From NCBI GenBank assembly GCA_030390025.1, contig CM059431.1:124870001-124934000 (forward strand): a stretch of 64,000 nt of DNA, in the 5' to 3' direction. The position numbers and the translations under genes were made by a program. The notes below the pieces were generated by a model. That model was not told where the DNA came from. It did not search any database and saw nothing but the letters and a program-made list of their open reading frames with translations. Every line of letters begins with the position of its first letter. Position 1 is the first letter of the stretch. Source of the stretch: Squalus acanthias (lineage: Eukaryota). Shown here piece after piece: positions 1 through 13,118 of this stretch.

Positions 1-35
1 TGAGCACTTCTTCAACTGAGGTATATACCTGCAGC

Positions 36-1235
36 ATGGGAACCATTTATTTCCTTTCCTCCTGGACCTCAGATTCGGACAAATACCAGCCGCGGCAGCA
101 GCAGAACCCGAACAACAGCAGCACCAACAGCAGGAGCAACAACAGGAGCGCCAACCTGCTGCTCACCCGCCTGAAGCTGCACAGGCCAGAAGGCGCCAGC
201 GCAGGGAAGGACGTCGCCGCAGGAGATACCCCCAAAACAGGGTTTACAGACAGAGGATCAGCTACCTCAACATGACTGAGCAGCAGTGCCAAAGGAGGCT
301 CAGACTTTCGCGAGAGGTAGTGGGTGACATCTGCGCAATGCTGCAACAAGACCTGGAGCCCAGAGGAGCGGGTGGACACCCCTTACCAGTGGCCGTCAAA
401 GTCACCAACCCACTCAACTTTTTTGCTTCAGGTTCATTCCAGAGATCAACAGCAGACATCAGCGGCATCCCCCAGGTGGCCGCACACACTTGCATCACGC
501 AGGCAACCGATGCCCTCTTTGCCAACGTACACAATTACATCAACTTCTCCAAGGGTCAAGCAAGTGTAACCGCGCGTGCGGTTGGATTTGCTAATCTGGC
601 AGGCTTTCCAAGGGTGCAAGGCGTCGTTGACTGCACACATGTGGCCCTTAAGGCACCCCATCACAATCCAGGTATTTTTGTCAACTGCAAGGGCTTCCAC
701 TCCCTCAACGTGCAGCTGGTGTGTAACCACAAGAAGGAAATTTTGCATGTTTGCACCAATTACCCTGGCAGCTGCCATGACTCCTTCATCCTGCAGCAGT
801 CTAGTGTGCCTCCGCTCTTCAGTCCACCAGACCAACTTTGCGGATGGCTACTTGGAGACAAGGGCTATCCCTTGAAGACGTGGCTAATGACACCGTTGAG
901 GAGGCCATCCAACAAAGCTGAGGAACGCTACAACTCCAGCCACATTTCCACCAGATCCATTATCGAGCAAACCATCGGATTGCTGAAGATGCGATTCAGA
1001 TGCCTTGAAAGATCAGGTGGAGCCCTGCAGTATCAGCAGCCAGGGTCTCCAGAATTGTCGTGGTCTGCTGTGCACTTCACAACATGGCACAGTATCATGG
1101 CTTGCAGCTGCCTGAGGTACAAGTGGCTCATTGCATAGGCTCCTCAGATGAGGATGAGGATGAGGAGGAGGAGAGCGACAACGAACAGCTTGCGGAGGCG
1201 CTTCAACCAGCGGCAGCAGCACGCGAGAACATTGC
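36..1235 (+). pseudogene. Harbinger (HARBI1-like, DDE_Tnp_4) transposase, frameshifted
   Basis: ORF 272-1138 has [47 protein letters not shown] and [16 protein letters not shown]. The C-terminal VCCALHN and acidic tail lie in another frame (1060-1323), and the N-terminus in a third (36-275). Confidence 0.93.
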
Positions 1236-2384
1236 TGAGCCGAGCTGGGAGCGCCCTGCAGCCTCCGACGAGGACTCTCCACTGCTGTCCCTGTCTCCAC
1301 CATCTGCTGATGCTCACTTGTGAGCTGTGATACACCAGGTGACAACATTAATCTATGTCCCGAAGGTCCCACCGAGGTGTGAGTGTCTGCGCTGGTGCTG
1401 GGTACGCTTAATTCTGGTGATGCTACGCCCTCAGAGGTTGCAGCTTCCTCTGAGGAGTCTTGTGGCTCAGGCTGTTCCTCCTGGATAGTGCGGGGGGGCG
1501 GCTGTCGATGGTCCTGTGGGGGAGTAAAGGAAAGAGTTAGACATGTGAGATAAACGTTGCGTGCACATGGAATTGTGCAGATGATCATAAGTCAATCTGT
1601 TAGAGCATCAGAATCAATATCAGTCACTCATGCAATGTCAATGAGAGAGATGAAAAACTATTCTGTCAGCAGCTTGCTCTGATGCGCCCATCTGTCCGTC
1701 CCCCACTTGCACATCCTCCTCGGCTCCCACAATCTCGAGGCCTCCTCCTCTGCGCTGGTGAGCTTGGCTATTGAGGGTGGCCCTCCTCCTGTCTTTGCCC
1801 TTTCCCTCTTATTGTGGGCTCTCTTTTCCTGCAATGAGGGATACAAGTGGAGTTTGAGTGAGAATGAAGGAGTGAGTGTCGAGAATCCAGAGCATAGATG
1901 CTTAGAAGGGCACAAAGATGGAGTGAGGTCCTCCCTGTGTGATGTAAGTTGTTGTCATAGCATCACAGTGATAGGGAGTGTGAGGCCTGCATAGTCGAAT
2001 AGTTAAGTGAATGTGTACATAGAGAGAGAGGGAATGGTTAAGGGTGCAGGGATGTAAGGGTCAAGTGGGATGTGGAAGAGGAGGTTGACAATGAAGAGTG
2101 CTGGTGATGAGAGGCGATGGGGAGCAGATTGAGGGTCATGGTGATGTCATATTCACTTTTCCTGTGCGGAGAAGGTCATGAAACCTCTTTCTGCACTGCA
2201 GCCAGGTTCTGATGGCACTGACCTCCTGTGCCACTTGCAGCCACACAGCTTTGGTCTGCTGGGGAGGTTTTTTCCTCCCAGAGGAAGGAAACAGCACTTC
2301 GTTCTGAGCTCTGGCTCCCTCCACCAGAGCTTGGAGGGAAGCCTCATCAAAGCAGGGTGCGCACTTGGGCCTTGAGCTTGACAT
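1235..2384 (-). pseudogene. Harbinger Myb/SANT-like DNA-binding gene, 3 exons (2384-2157, 1828-~1664, 1513-~1235), 3' part deleted
   Basis: Exon 1 reads PCFDEASLQALV...W..VAQEVS..RTWLQCRKRFHDL then GTGAAT. Exon 2 follows TTGCAG and reads EKRAHNKRERAKTGGG. Exon 3 follows CCACAG and is acidic/Ser-rich. Confidence 0.85.
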
Positions 2385-3049
2385 CTGTGCAAAAGAAATC
2401 CCTCAGAAGTCTCTCCAAAAAAAGTTGTAAAGCAGAAAATGAACCAAGGCTGCTTGCTGGCCTTAAATGCAGCTGCATAGATGACGTCATCAGAGGCAAG
2501 TTTCAGGACCAAAAGACTCATTGGGCCAGGGGTTCCCACACGCTGGAAATCAAGTGCCCAATTAGGGCAAAATCACTAAATTATCCCGCCTCACATCGGA
2601 GGCGGGGGCGGGACCCGCCGACCACCTGACCCGCCCCCATGACAAAATCCAGCCCCAAGTCTCCAGTTCTCCCACAAAGCCTGTACATGCATAGACAGTG
2701 GGCCTCTGTGAATCCCCCAACTCATGTGTATCTGTATTTCATATCTAAAAGTACTTAATCTGACAGGTATCGAACATTGGGGTATGGATGTCAGCACCAA
2801 GCTATCATTCCTGAGACATGGTGATACTGTATTCTCACCCTGCATGCTTAATATCGCCCCTGCAGATGCCAATCATGCTGCATGTTGCTCAGTGGCAGTT
2901 TGTAGAGCAGACAACTTTTGCTCCACTTAAATGATGAACTGAGTGGTAAAAACCACAGTCCATTCCATTCCAAATGGCATTTTCTCATGCACCGAAGGAA
3001 GAGACTTGTTCAGCTGTTCTTGCCGATGTCATGACCCATTTTTCATTGA

Positions 3050-3104
3050 GAGGTCGCACAACACCAGGTTATAGTCCAACAGTTTTATTTTAAATCACAA
3101 GCTT
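3050..3104 (-). mobile_element. 55-bp Penelope-type terminal fragment with 15-bp target-site duplication
   Basis: The reverse complement matches 13343-13398 (AAGCTTGT...TAAA..TGTTGGACTATAAC.TGGTGTTGTGCGAC). It is flanked by the direct repeat CCCATTTTTCATTGA at 3035-3049 and 3105-3119. Confidence 0.8.
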
Positions 3105-3586
3105 CCCATTTTTCATTGACAGTCCTATAAGGATGTAATCACAAAGTCACTCAACAGGGCTCAGTCATGCTTAACTCCCGCTCAGCAGGACGGTGTCATT
3201 CAATACCCACTACTTTGTTACTTCCTCACGCATATGATCAGTAACTCACCCCATGTAGCATCCAGAAGTCCACAATCACCCTATGAAATGTGAGGTGCTG
3301 GGTTGTTGTCTGGAATATGTGCAATGCAGTATCCTCTGGTGCAGGTTGCAGACTGTAAGGGACCAGGTTGATCTTGTCGGTCGTCTTCCAACATGATTAG
3401 CACTTAGCCATTTGAAAGCATTTGTTATTACAGTAGCAGTATATGTTACATTTCAAAGAGGGACATAAATACTGCTTTAAACATAAGTCAAGTGACAGTC
3501 TTTAACACCATGCACAAACACTTATATTAAATACTGCACAAACGTCTACATCATACAGGCCATGCATTGTCTCCTGCCCGATAACC

Positions 3587-4128
3587 TCTGGTCGCCATAT
3601 TATAAAAAGAATATAGAGGCACTGGAGAGGATGCAGAGAAGATTTACAAGGATGATACCAGAAATGCGAGGGTATACATATCAGGAAAGGATGAACAGGC
3701 TGGGTCTCTTTTCTCTTGAAAAAAGAAGGCTGAGGGGTGACCTAAGAGAGGTCTTTAAAATTATGAAAGGTTTTGATAGAGTGGATACGGAGAGAATGTT
3801 CCCACTTGTGGGAAAGAGCATAACTAGAGGCCATCAATACAAGATAGTCACCAAGAAATCCATTAGAGAATTCAGAAGAAACGTCTTTACCCAAACACTG
3901 GTGAGAATGTGGAACTCGCTACCACAGGGAGTGGTTGAAGCAAATAGTATAGATACATTCAAGAGGAGGCTAGACAAGAAGGAAAAGGGAATAGAGGGTT
4001 ATGCTGACAGATTTAGATGAGGAAAGACGGGAGGAGGCTCGAGTGGAGCATAAACGCCGGCATGGACTGGTTGGGCCAAATCGCCTGTTTCTGTGCCGCA
4101 TATCTTATGTAATCCTATGTAATCTATG
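3587..4128 (+). mobile_element. CR1 LINE 3' fragment
   Basis: WSPYYKKNIEALERMQRRFTR...LEKRRLRGDL...WNSLP is the CR1 ORF2 C-terminus; ends in a short (ATGTAATC)n-type tail. Confidence 0.9.
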
Positions 4129-4588
4129 ATGGCTTCTTCATGAGGGGTGACGGGTCTGATGTTTTGGCCCCTGTCCCCCAGTTGATGCTAATTATTGCCA
4201 CCTCAATACCGTTTTTTCTTGGCTATGTAAAGTATACAATGTATGAGAAGAAGTAAAGGCTGCATCACATTTTGTATAATGCTTGGGCAGGGTGAATTCA
4301 TAAACTAAATACCTTGCAGATACTGAATGAGAAAGGCATATTTTAGATAGTTAGAGAATTAACTTGTTTAGCGACACTTTAGTACTTGTGTTTTTAACAG
4401 CCCGTATTTCTCCTTAAACAACAGTCCCAGTACCTGTCTTGCATCATAGCCATAAATAAAGTCAAGTTAATAATACTGTTCAGTGAAATGAATAATTAAA
4501 CCACTGCCTTAGATTACTATTGATATCAATGCAAGATTCATATGTGTACACATAGCAATTAAAGAATATTGCAGGTATGACGATTATG

Positions 4589-6947
4589 ATTCAGGCCATC
4601 TTAGACTGGGTATTATGTAATGAGAAAGGATTAATTAGCAATCTTGTTGTACGAGGCCCCTTGGGTCAGAGTGATCATAATATCATAGAATTCTTCATTA
4701 GGATGGAGAGTGAAGTAGTTGAATCAGAGACTAGGGTCCTGAATTTAAATAAAGGAAACTACGATGGTATGAGGCGCGAATTGGGTAGGATTGATTGGGG
4801 AATGTCACTCAAAGGGTTGATGGTGGATAGGCAATGGCAAACATTCAAAGACTGCATGGATGAACTACAGAATTTGTTCATCCCAGTGTGGCATAAGAAT
4901 AAAACAAAAAGGGTGACTCAACCGTGGCGAACAAGGAAAATTAGGGATAGCATAAGATTAAAGGAGAGGGAATATAAATTGGCCAGAAAAAGCGGTAACC
5001 CTGAGGATTGGGAACAGTTTAGGATTCAACAAAGGAGGACAAAGGGATTAATTAAGAAGGGGAAAATAGAATATGAAAGTAAGCTTGCAGGGAACATAAA
5101 AACTTTTATAGATATGTGAAGAGAAAATGATTACTGAAATCAAGTGTAGGTCACTTGCAGTCAGAAGCGGGGGAAGTTATAATGGGGAACAAAGAAATGG
5201 CAGACCAATTATATGCATATTTTGGTTCTGTCTTCACAAAGGAGGACACAAATAACCTCCCAGAGATGTTGGAGAACATACGGTCTGATGAAAGAGAGGA
5301 ACTGAAAGAAATCAGTATTTGCAGGGAAATGGTGTTAGGGAAATTGACGGGATTGAAGGCCGATAAATCCCCAGGGCCTGATAATCTACATCCTAGGGTA
5401 CTTAAGGAAGTGGCCCTAGAAATAGTAGATGCATTGCTGATCATCTTCCAACATTCGATGGAATCTGGAACTGTACCCATGGATTGGAGGATAGCTAATG
5501 TTACCCCACTATTCAAAAAGGGTGGTAGAGAGAAAGCGGGGAATTACAGACTGGTAAGCCTGACATCGGTAGTGGGGAAAATGCTAGAGTCCATTATAAA
5601 GGATGTAATAGCTGAGCACTTGAAAAACAGTGACAGGATCGGACAAAGTCAACATGGATTTACAAAAGGTAAATCGTGCTTGACTAATCTACTGGAATTT
5701 TTTGAGGATGTAACTGGGAAAATAGATAAGGGAGAACCAGTAGATGTGGTGTATTTGGACTTTCAAAAGGCTTTCGATAAGGTCCCACATAAGAGATTAG
5801 CGTGTAAAGTTAAGGCACATGGGATTGGGGGCAAGGTATTGACTTGGATAGAGAACTGGTTGGCGGACAGAAAGCAGAGAGTAGGAATTAATGGTTCTTT
5901 TTCCGAGTGGCAAGCAGTGACTAGTGGGGTACCGCAGGTATCGGTCCTTGGACCCCAGCTATTCACAATATACATTAATGATCTAGATAAGGGAACTAAA
6001 TGTAATATCTCCAAGTTTGCAGATGACACAAAGCTGGGTGGGAGTGTGTGCTGCGAGGAGGATATCGAGAAACTCCAGAATGATTTAGACAGGTTGGGTG
6101 AGTGGGCAGAAGCGTGGCAGATGCAATATAATGTGGATAAATGCGAGGTTATCCACTTTGGTGTCAAAAACAGAAAGGCAGACTATTATCTGAATGGCAA
6201 TAGATTGGGAGCAGGGGAAGTGCAACGAGACCTGGGTGTCCTTGTGCACCAGTCGCTGAAGGTAAGCATGCAGGTGCAGCAGGCGGTGAAGAAGGCAAAT
6301 TGTATGTTGGCCTTCATAGCGAAAGGGTTTGAGTATAGAAACATGGATGTCCTGTTGCAGTTGTACAGGGCCTTGGTGAGACCACACCTTGAGTAATGTG
6401 TGCAGTTTTGGTCGCCTTATCTGAGGAAGGATGTTCTTGCCATGGAAGGAGTTCAGCGAAGATTCACAAGGCTGATACCTGGGATGGCAGGAATGACATA
6501 TGAGGAGAGATTGGGTCGATTGGGCTTATACTCGCTGGAGTATAGAAGAATGAGAGGGGATCTCATCGAAACATATAAAATTCTGACAGGTCTGGACAAA
6601 CAAGATGCAGGAAGAATGTTCCCGATGGTCGGAGAGTCCAGAACCAGGGGTCATAATCTAAGGATAAGGGGTAAGCCATTTAGGACAGAAATGAGGAAGA
6701 ATATCTTCACCCAGAGAGTGGTGAACCTGTGGAATTCTCTACCACAGAAGGTAGTTGAGGCCAAGTCATTAAATATATTCAAGAATGAGTTAGATATATT
6801 TCTTAAAGCTAAAGGTATCAAGGGATATGGGGAGAAGGCAGGTACAGGGTACTGAGTTTGGATGATCAGCCATGATCTCATCGAATGGCGGAGCAGGCTC
6901 GAGGGGCCGAATGGCCTACTCCTGCTCCTATTTTCTGTGTTTCTATA
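4589..6947 (+). mobile_element. CR1 LINE, 5'-truncated ORF2 (end of APE domain, RT, 3' UTR)
   Basis: ORFs 4577-5119, 5155-6396 (KSPGPD, YLDFQKAFDKVPH, GVPQ, FADDTK) and 6400-6855; TTTCTGTGTTTCTA tail. Same family as 32288-35296. Confidence 0.95.
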
Positions 6948-7136
6948 CAGTAATGTATGATAATTGACAGTCTGCATTACTTAATTTTCTTTAAATCGGA
7001 AATCTCCTTCCTTAATTTTGTGATTTCACTGTTATTCAACTATCTGAGTTGGTAGTTCATCCTCCATGCTGAGATTCCATTTCAGGTCTATTCCATCCTG
7101 TAGATAGTTCTCTGACAAATTGCTTTAAAACTCTTT

Positions 7137-7833
7137 GGGGTAAAAATTCGGTTGCTTTGCACCCTCCGCTGCTCACGCCTCCCGCGAAATTCAGCAGGAG
7201 GTTAGCGGCGGCACTAACCGGTAGCACCCCGCAGCGCTGCGCTGCCGGCGATGACATCATCACCGTGCGGAGCACCCAGCTCGCGCCCCGGCCACGATCA
7301 TTGGGTGCGCTCCCTGACTCACCGCCGGACGCTATGTCCGACGGGGTATGGGGGGCCTCCCTGCGGCCAGGGAGGCGATATTTAAAGACGAGGTGCGCGG
7401 CGGCCATTTTTGTTGCTGGCCACCTGCCAGCACCTGCCTGCACTCCCGTCCCCGGCCTCCTGAACTGCCCCCCCCCGGCCCCCCCGCGGAGTGTCGGCTA
7501 CGCTCCAAGAGCCTGGCACTTCTCTTGAGTGCCGGGCTCTTTTGCCAGCACTCCTGATCCCCGGGGGTCCAGCTGGGCCCCGGGCCGCGTTGCGCAAGGC
7601 CCCACCTCTTTAAGAAGGGGAGGAAGGCCTGCAATACCGTGGCACGTAGCACCGCGATATTCCCTCGCAGCACCCCAAGAGGGATGCGGGGCACTTCTAG
7701 TAGTGCCCTGTTTCCCTCTTGTGGTGCTACCACTCAATTTCCGTTGCGGCGGCGATAATTTTTCCGGGCCGCTAAAAGTAGCGCCCCCGCGAAGATAATG
7801 CCCCAAATGGGGAGCTCCACAAATTTTAGCCCT
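7137..7833. mobile_element. Non-autonomous Harbinger element (MITE)
   Basis: TIRs GGGGTAAAAATT...AATTTTAGCCCT, TTT on both sides, GC/CpG-rich interior. Confidence 0.8.
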
Positions 7834-9594
7834 TTTTAAAAAAAAACGTGAAATGCTGGCTTCCTTGTTGGGCACAATTGAGTGCCTGAGTGACAGAGCC
7901 TCATCCTAACACAATGATGAGAGTCCAGTAGCAACAGAGAAGGAGAAACTCTGCTGCAAAATCACTCACAAGGGCTCTGCTCTGAGATCCAACTTTGTAG
8001 CTGGGATAGGGTAGATTTTGGGTTCCAGTAAACTTCAGTTAAGAATGGCTAGGTGCCAGGGCAAAGCAGAAGAACCATGAGTTAATTGCGCAATTTTTTC
8101 TGGGTTCAGCTCATTTGCATAAATATTAAAAGCTCCCTGTGCAGTTTTGGCCTTACGCAGCGAATTAGCCCAACCAGATTCTGAAGAAGAATGCTTTAGC
8201 CCCAGTGACTTATAGTGGTCAGTGGCCTCATTTCCACCTTGTTCTGGTATTTAACTGTAATTATTGCTGATGGCCAGTGATTAGACAGTTTAAGTAACCA
8301 TCACCAATATATTTGGTCAAGTTGTATTGAAAAAGAGCTACTTATCAGCGTCACAATAACCAGTTACAGCCCAAAGTGTATCTGTGCTAGATTCCCTAAG
8401 AATTAGGTGAGTTGATCCAATTAGTAACTGAGAAATACAGATCAGTAAAAAACATTTTATAAAGTAACTCTGTGCCCATAAATTCGAAAAATAGGGCCTT
8501 TAATCTCCAAATACTATAAATATTTTATTGTGACAGGCTGAGTTTATTGATAAGAAAACCAGATAAATGAACAGTGAGATGGAGCTTTTTGACATGTAAA
8601 TAACCTGCCCCACCCTGACAATGATCTATAATTGTTCCTTCTGTAGCATTTACTGAGTCAGTACAAAATTTACATCTAATGAGCTATCCAAGTTACAGAA
8701 ATAAACCGTGTACAAGCACCTGGTTTGGCTTCCTACTACACTGTTTGCTAAAAATGAATATATACTTCCTGATTATTATTCAGTCAGGGCTGCTATATAT
8801 AATGGCGAAATCTGGATGAAGACAAAAGTAAACTTAAGCTTGAAGAAAAGTATCGACTTATTCATATTATTCATCACATTGTAAAAATGATTGTTTGCCA
8901 CCTACTAAAAGCTATCATTATCTGCCTGTAGAAGTAATTAGCAGCATTCATCAACACCTTATTAGCTCACATTCCTTGCTTTTGGTTAAATGCAACAATG
9001 TGTAATAGTTTTTCTGTTTAATGCATCTACTACATTACATTTCTAAAACTAGCTTCATGCTGCTATCTTAGAATAATTTGTCCCATTTGTGTTGCTACAA
9101 ATGAAGCCACCTCTTTACAGCATTTATACAGGGTTGGAAATTCAAATGGCCTTGAAATTAACCCATGGGATACTAGCACATGAGCACTAACACCTTTGTC
9201 TTAAACAGGTCTCTTTCCTATTTTAACAGGAGTGTTAATTTGTTTAAAGTAACTTGGGTAACACCTCTACTAAAATAGAGGAAAAAGGAATGTCAAATAA
9301 ATACCTTGATCTCATTATGTAACTTCAGAAATAAAATATCTGCTACAAGACAATTAAAATAAAATAAATTGACTGACAATATTATGACATATTGGGTAGA
9401 TATTGTCTTTACCAGCTGGGCGTAAAGCATTGCCTGGATGGAGCAGAGTACAATAGGGTTGGGGTGATCCCATGCCTGTAACAGAGCTCACCTGATTCTC
9501 CTTCTATTTATTTAACTTATCAAATTATTCTATGTACAGTAGTTCTTCCCTTTGATAGGTTACTCATCTGCACTGCCTCTAGCATCTAAATGAC

Positions 9595-9850
9595 TCCATT
9601 ATGCTTTGGTGACTAGAAATGTACGCAGTATTCTAGATACCGTATATATGTTTCAGTGACTAGAAATGTACGCAGTATTCTAGATACTGTACATAATGTT
9701 TTGGTGACTAGAATTATACACAGTATTCTAGATACTGTACATTATGTTTTGGTGACTAGAATTATACACAGTATTCTAGATACTGTACATTATGTTTTGG
9801 TGACTAAAGCTGGACACAGTTTTCTAGATGCAGTCTGGTTTGGGCACTGT
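9595..9850. repeat. Minisatellite, 47-48-bp unit, about 5 copies, with internal near-palindrome
   Basis: GTGACTA recurs at 9609, 9656, 9704, 9752 and 9800; units contain CAGTATTCTAGATACTG or a close variant. Confidence 0.9.
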
Positions 9851-10429
9851 ACGGCTTCAGCATGATCTCTGGGAATTTGAATCCAACTGCTTTGAAGGGC
9901 TAACCCCAGCATTAATACTTTGCTTATTGTTGTGTCACACTGTTTGTAGTGCAATGTTCAACTGCAGTAGTATTGATACACATCAGCTACAGGCAATCCA
10001 TGTCATTGGACACTGAGGCCTGTTGTGTATTGTGCACCATAATCTGTTGGGGAAGAGTGTGTGCTACTGAAGATCTGTACAGCAGGAGTGCACCAGGTTC
10101 AATGAGGCTCCAAAAATGTATGGTGATGGCCCCACAGTGCAGTCTCAGCACTTGAACAGCATTGCAGTTCCTCAGCACCCAATAACATGAGGCAAAAATC
10201 CAGCCATATGGATCCTTTTTCTTAAACTCACAATTTGTCATTTTTTTGCTTCCTTTTTGCTTTTACTACTGAAGCTATGCATATCTTCTTAAAGTTGCAC
10301 CAATCAGTCATATGGAAGTGTTTGCCAAGGAAACTGCAATGGTAATGTGTCTACAAAATCATCTATTCAAATATAACTCGCCACCCCTCTTTATCTGAAT
10401 ATTCTGGAGAGAGAAGAGCAATATCAAAT

Positions 10430-12384
10430 GAGTGCAAGGACACACCTGCAGGTTAATAGAGGTATTCTGCAGACAACCTAATAGTGGAAGGGAAGTGGAG
10501 GAAGAAATATGTAGGCAAATCTATGAAATGAGTAAAAGACAGCAAATAATAATCATGGGAGGTTTAACCTACCCCAAATTAAACTGGCAGGAAGAGGTAG
10601 GGAAAGGGGAAAAGGGAATGGAGTTTGTACAGTGTATAAAGGACTTTCTTACCCAGTACATAAGAAGTCCAACCAGCGAGGAATCACTGCTGGATCTACT
10701 AATGGGAAATGAACCAGAACAGATAAGAGCAGTAAGCATGGGGGAACATCTAGGCAATAACAATCCCAGCATAATAAGCTTTCAAATAATGATTGAGACA
10801 GCCATAAGTAAGACAAAGACCAAAGTACTGGATTGGAGAAAGCTAATTTTGAGGGGATGAGAATAGAACTAGGGAAGTTAAATTGGGGAAAAAATGACAG
10901 ACAAAGAGATAGAACAGCAGTGGGAAATATTGAAAATGATGATCAATAGAGTTCAGGAGAAATATGATCCTTTAAAAAACAAGGGCAAACTAGCTAATAA
11001 TGAAACAATATGGATGAATAAAGACATAAGGGTAAAATTGAAACTGAAGGAAAAGGCATACTCTAAGTACATAGACAGTAAAGGAGAGTATAACAAAAGG
11101 GAATATCAAAAAGTTAGGAAAGTAGTCAAGAAAACAGTTAGGAATGCAAAGAGGAACTACAAAATTAAATTATCAAGGAATATAAAAAGAAATAGTAATG
11201 TATTCCACAGACACATAACGAACAAAAGGGAACTAGGGGTGGGGCTACTACGGGATGCACAAGATAAACTTACTTAATGACAGCAAAATGGCAGAAATAT
11301 TGAATAGTTACTTTGCCTCAGTATTTACCAGGGAGACTTACAAGAAGAGAATAAAAACATTTAAGATAGAAAGGGGGGAGATAATTGATAAACTAATCAA
11401 ACTTAGAGAGGATTAAATGCTTGGCCCAGCTGGATTGCATCTGCACATATTAAAAGAAGTTAGGGAAGAGATAGTAGAGGCACTATTACATATATATAAA
11501 AAATCATTAATAAAGGAAATAGTGCCAGAGGACTGACGGACAGTTAATGTGATTCCTATATTTTAAAAGGGAGCTAGAACAAGTCCAAGGAACTGTATAA
11601 TAGTTAGCTTAACATTGGTGGTTGGGAAGATAATGGAATCTTTGCTCAAAGATCTAATTGAAAAAACATCTAGTGGGAAAAATTGGGTGGCGCTAACGTC
11701 ACCAGCGCCCCGAAAAAGTTCGCGTCCCTCTGCCAGAGATTCAGTAGTAGCGCCCCAAGCAGGAGGTGGAGCTAACGAGAGGCGCAAATCAACCCAATTT
11801 TTCCCCCCATGAAACTGAAAATATAATCGACTAATCAGCACAGTTTTCAAAAGGGAAGACCAAGTTTGACCAACCTTATTGAATTCTTTGAAGAAATAAC
11901 AGAAAGAGTAGACAAGTGTAATGTAGTAGATGTAATATATTTGGATTTTCAAAAGGCCTTCGATAAGGTATCGCATAGTCGACTCATAACTAAGATCAGA
12001 GCATGTGGAGTCAGGGGACAAGTAGCAGAATGAATAGCAAGTTGGCTACAAAACAGAAAACAGAGAGTAGGGGTTAAGGGTAGCTAGTCAGACTGGCAAA
12101 AAGTGGGAAGTAGTGTTCCACAGGGATTGGTGCTAGGACCACTGGTGCTCACAATTTACATTAATGATTTGGACTCTGAAATCAGAAGTGCAATTTCAAA
12201 ATTTGTGAATGACACCAAATTGGGGGGTATAGTTAACACAAAGGAAGAATGCGACAACATGCAAGAGGACATCAATAAACTTGCAGAATAGGCGTACAAT
12301 TGGCAAATTAACTTCAATATAGAAAAGTGTGTGGTGGTGCATTTTGGTAGGAAGAATAATGAGGCCACATACTGCTTGGATAAT
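10430..12384 (+). mobile_element. Older degenerate CR1 LINE (APE to RT), interrupted by a mini-MITE
   Basis: Fragments LLDLLMGNEPEQI, LDFQKAFDKV, VPQGLVLGP and KFVNDTKLGG with many stops. Same family as 44545-49678. Confidence 0.9.
11673..11807. mobile_element. 135-bp Harbinger mini-MITE inserted in CR1 ORF2
   Basis: GTGGGAAAAATTGGGT...ACCCAATTTTTCCCCC; CR1 coding sequence resumes on both sides; flanks CTA/CAT (imperfect TSD). Confidence 0.8.
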
Positions 12385-13030
12385 GGCTGGGATTTTGTGG
12401 TAGAAATAATGTTGAGGCTGCCAGCGCTCACCGTTCTAAGAATAAATTGGACAGCAACTTCCAGCGTCCGCACATGTGGAGTTAAACATGGAAATCAGGA
12501 AGTTGCTGTCCAAGTTTGACCTACTCCTCCAGAAGCTGCATTGGATACTTACCATTGAAATACATGGAAGGGCATGTAGTTGCGGTACTTACCCATTAGT
12601 TACTCATACCAGAAAAAGTTAGGGTTTGTCCATTCAAGTGTAAGTGAATCTTTAACGGCGCGCATATGTCTTATTTACTGCCAAACAATCTCTCTGGCAC
12701 AGAAAATTAACTTTTTCAAGTGTGGTGTCTCATTCCTTCGGATTTTAATTGTTGTTAGAGATTTTTTTAATTAAAAAATTAAAATAATTTTTTGTACTTT
12801 TTCTTTCTGTCCCTTTTATCTCTCTCTCTTAATCTCATCTTTCTTTGCCTCTCTTTATTTTACTTACTGTACATAATTTGGCATTGAATTAACTATTCTA
12901 ACTTATACTTCCTGGTTTAGAATCTGCAGGGGTGAATTTAACCCTACTCGCTCAGCAGAAACCTGGCGGGTGGGCAGTTAAAATCGCCCTGGTTCTTATC
13001 TGTCCAAAAGCCGCCATGATCGCAACGTCT
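12385..13030. mobile_element. Partial non-autonomous Harbinger-like elements (two left ends)
   Basis: TIR-like starts GGCTGGGATTTT (12385) and GGGGTGAATTT (~12928). The first truncates the CR1. Confidence 0.5.
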
Positions 13031-13037
13031 GCAGTCA

Positions 13038-13118
13038 GCAAAATACTATGCATGTTGGAAATCTGAAATAAAAAAAAAGAAAATGCTGGAAATGGCTCAG
13101 CAGGCCAGGCACCACCTA
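13038..13118 (-). mobile_element. Penelope-like 3' end fragment
   Basis: The reverse complement is similar to 41184-41261, the 3' end of the Penelope copy. Confidence 0.7.

Larger units (their letters stand above)
1..2655. mobile_element. PIF/Harbinger DNA transposon A (left end outside window, internally deleted)
   Basis: Transposase on + and Myb-like gene on - are convergent. Right terminus AAAATCCAGCCC (2644-2655; reverse complement GGGCTGGATTTT) resembles other Harbinger-type ends in the window. Confidence 0.85.

Noticed and set aside
272..1138. Host HARBI1 gene
   Set aside because: Frameshifted, intronless, paired with a Myb gene inside a transposon, and one of several paralogous copies.
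5151..6387. Antisense ORFs over CR1, Penelope and RTE coding regions
   Set aside because: Shadow ORFs on the opposite strand of TE genes, recurring only because the TE copies are homologous.
9211..9287. Imperfect hairpin as a pre-miRNA
   Set aside because: Weak AT-rich stem with mismatches, just downstream of a TIR-like GGGTTGGAAATT (9131); more likely a decayed MITE.
8200..9590. Host exons in AT-rich unique stretches (also 23800-24560, 30950-31920, 35580-35960, 38670-39180)
   Set aside because: No ORF with recognisable protein features or convincing splice-site pairs; small exons or enhancers cannot be excluded without alignments.
9595..9850. CRISPR-like array (palindromic repeats)
   Set aside because: Units are head to tail with no unique spacers, there are no cas genes, and the context is eukaryotic.
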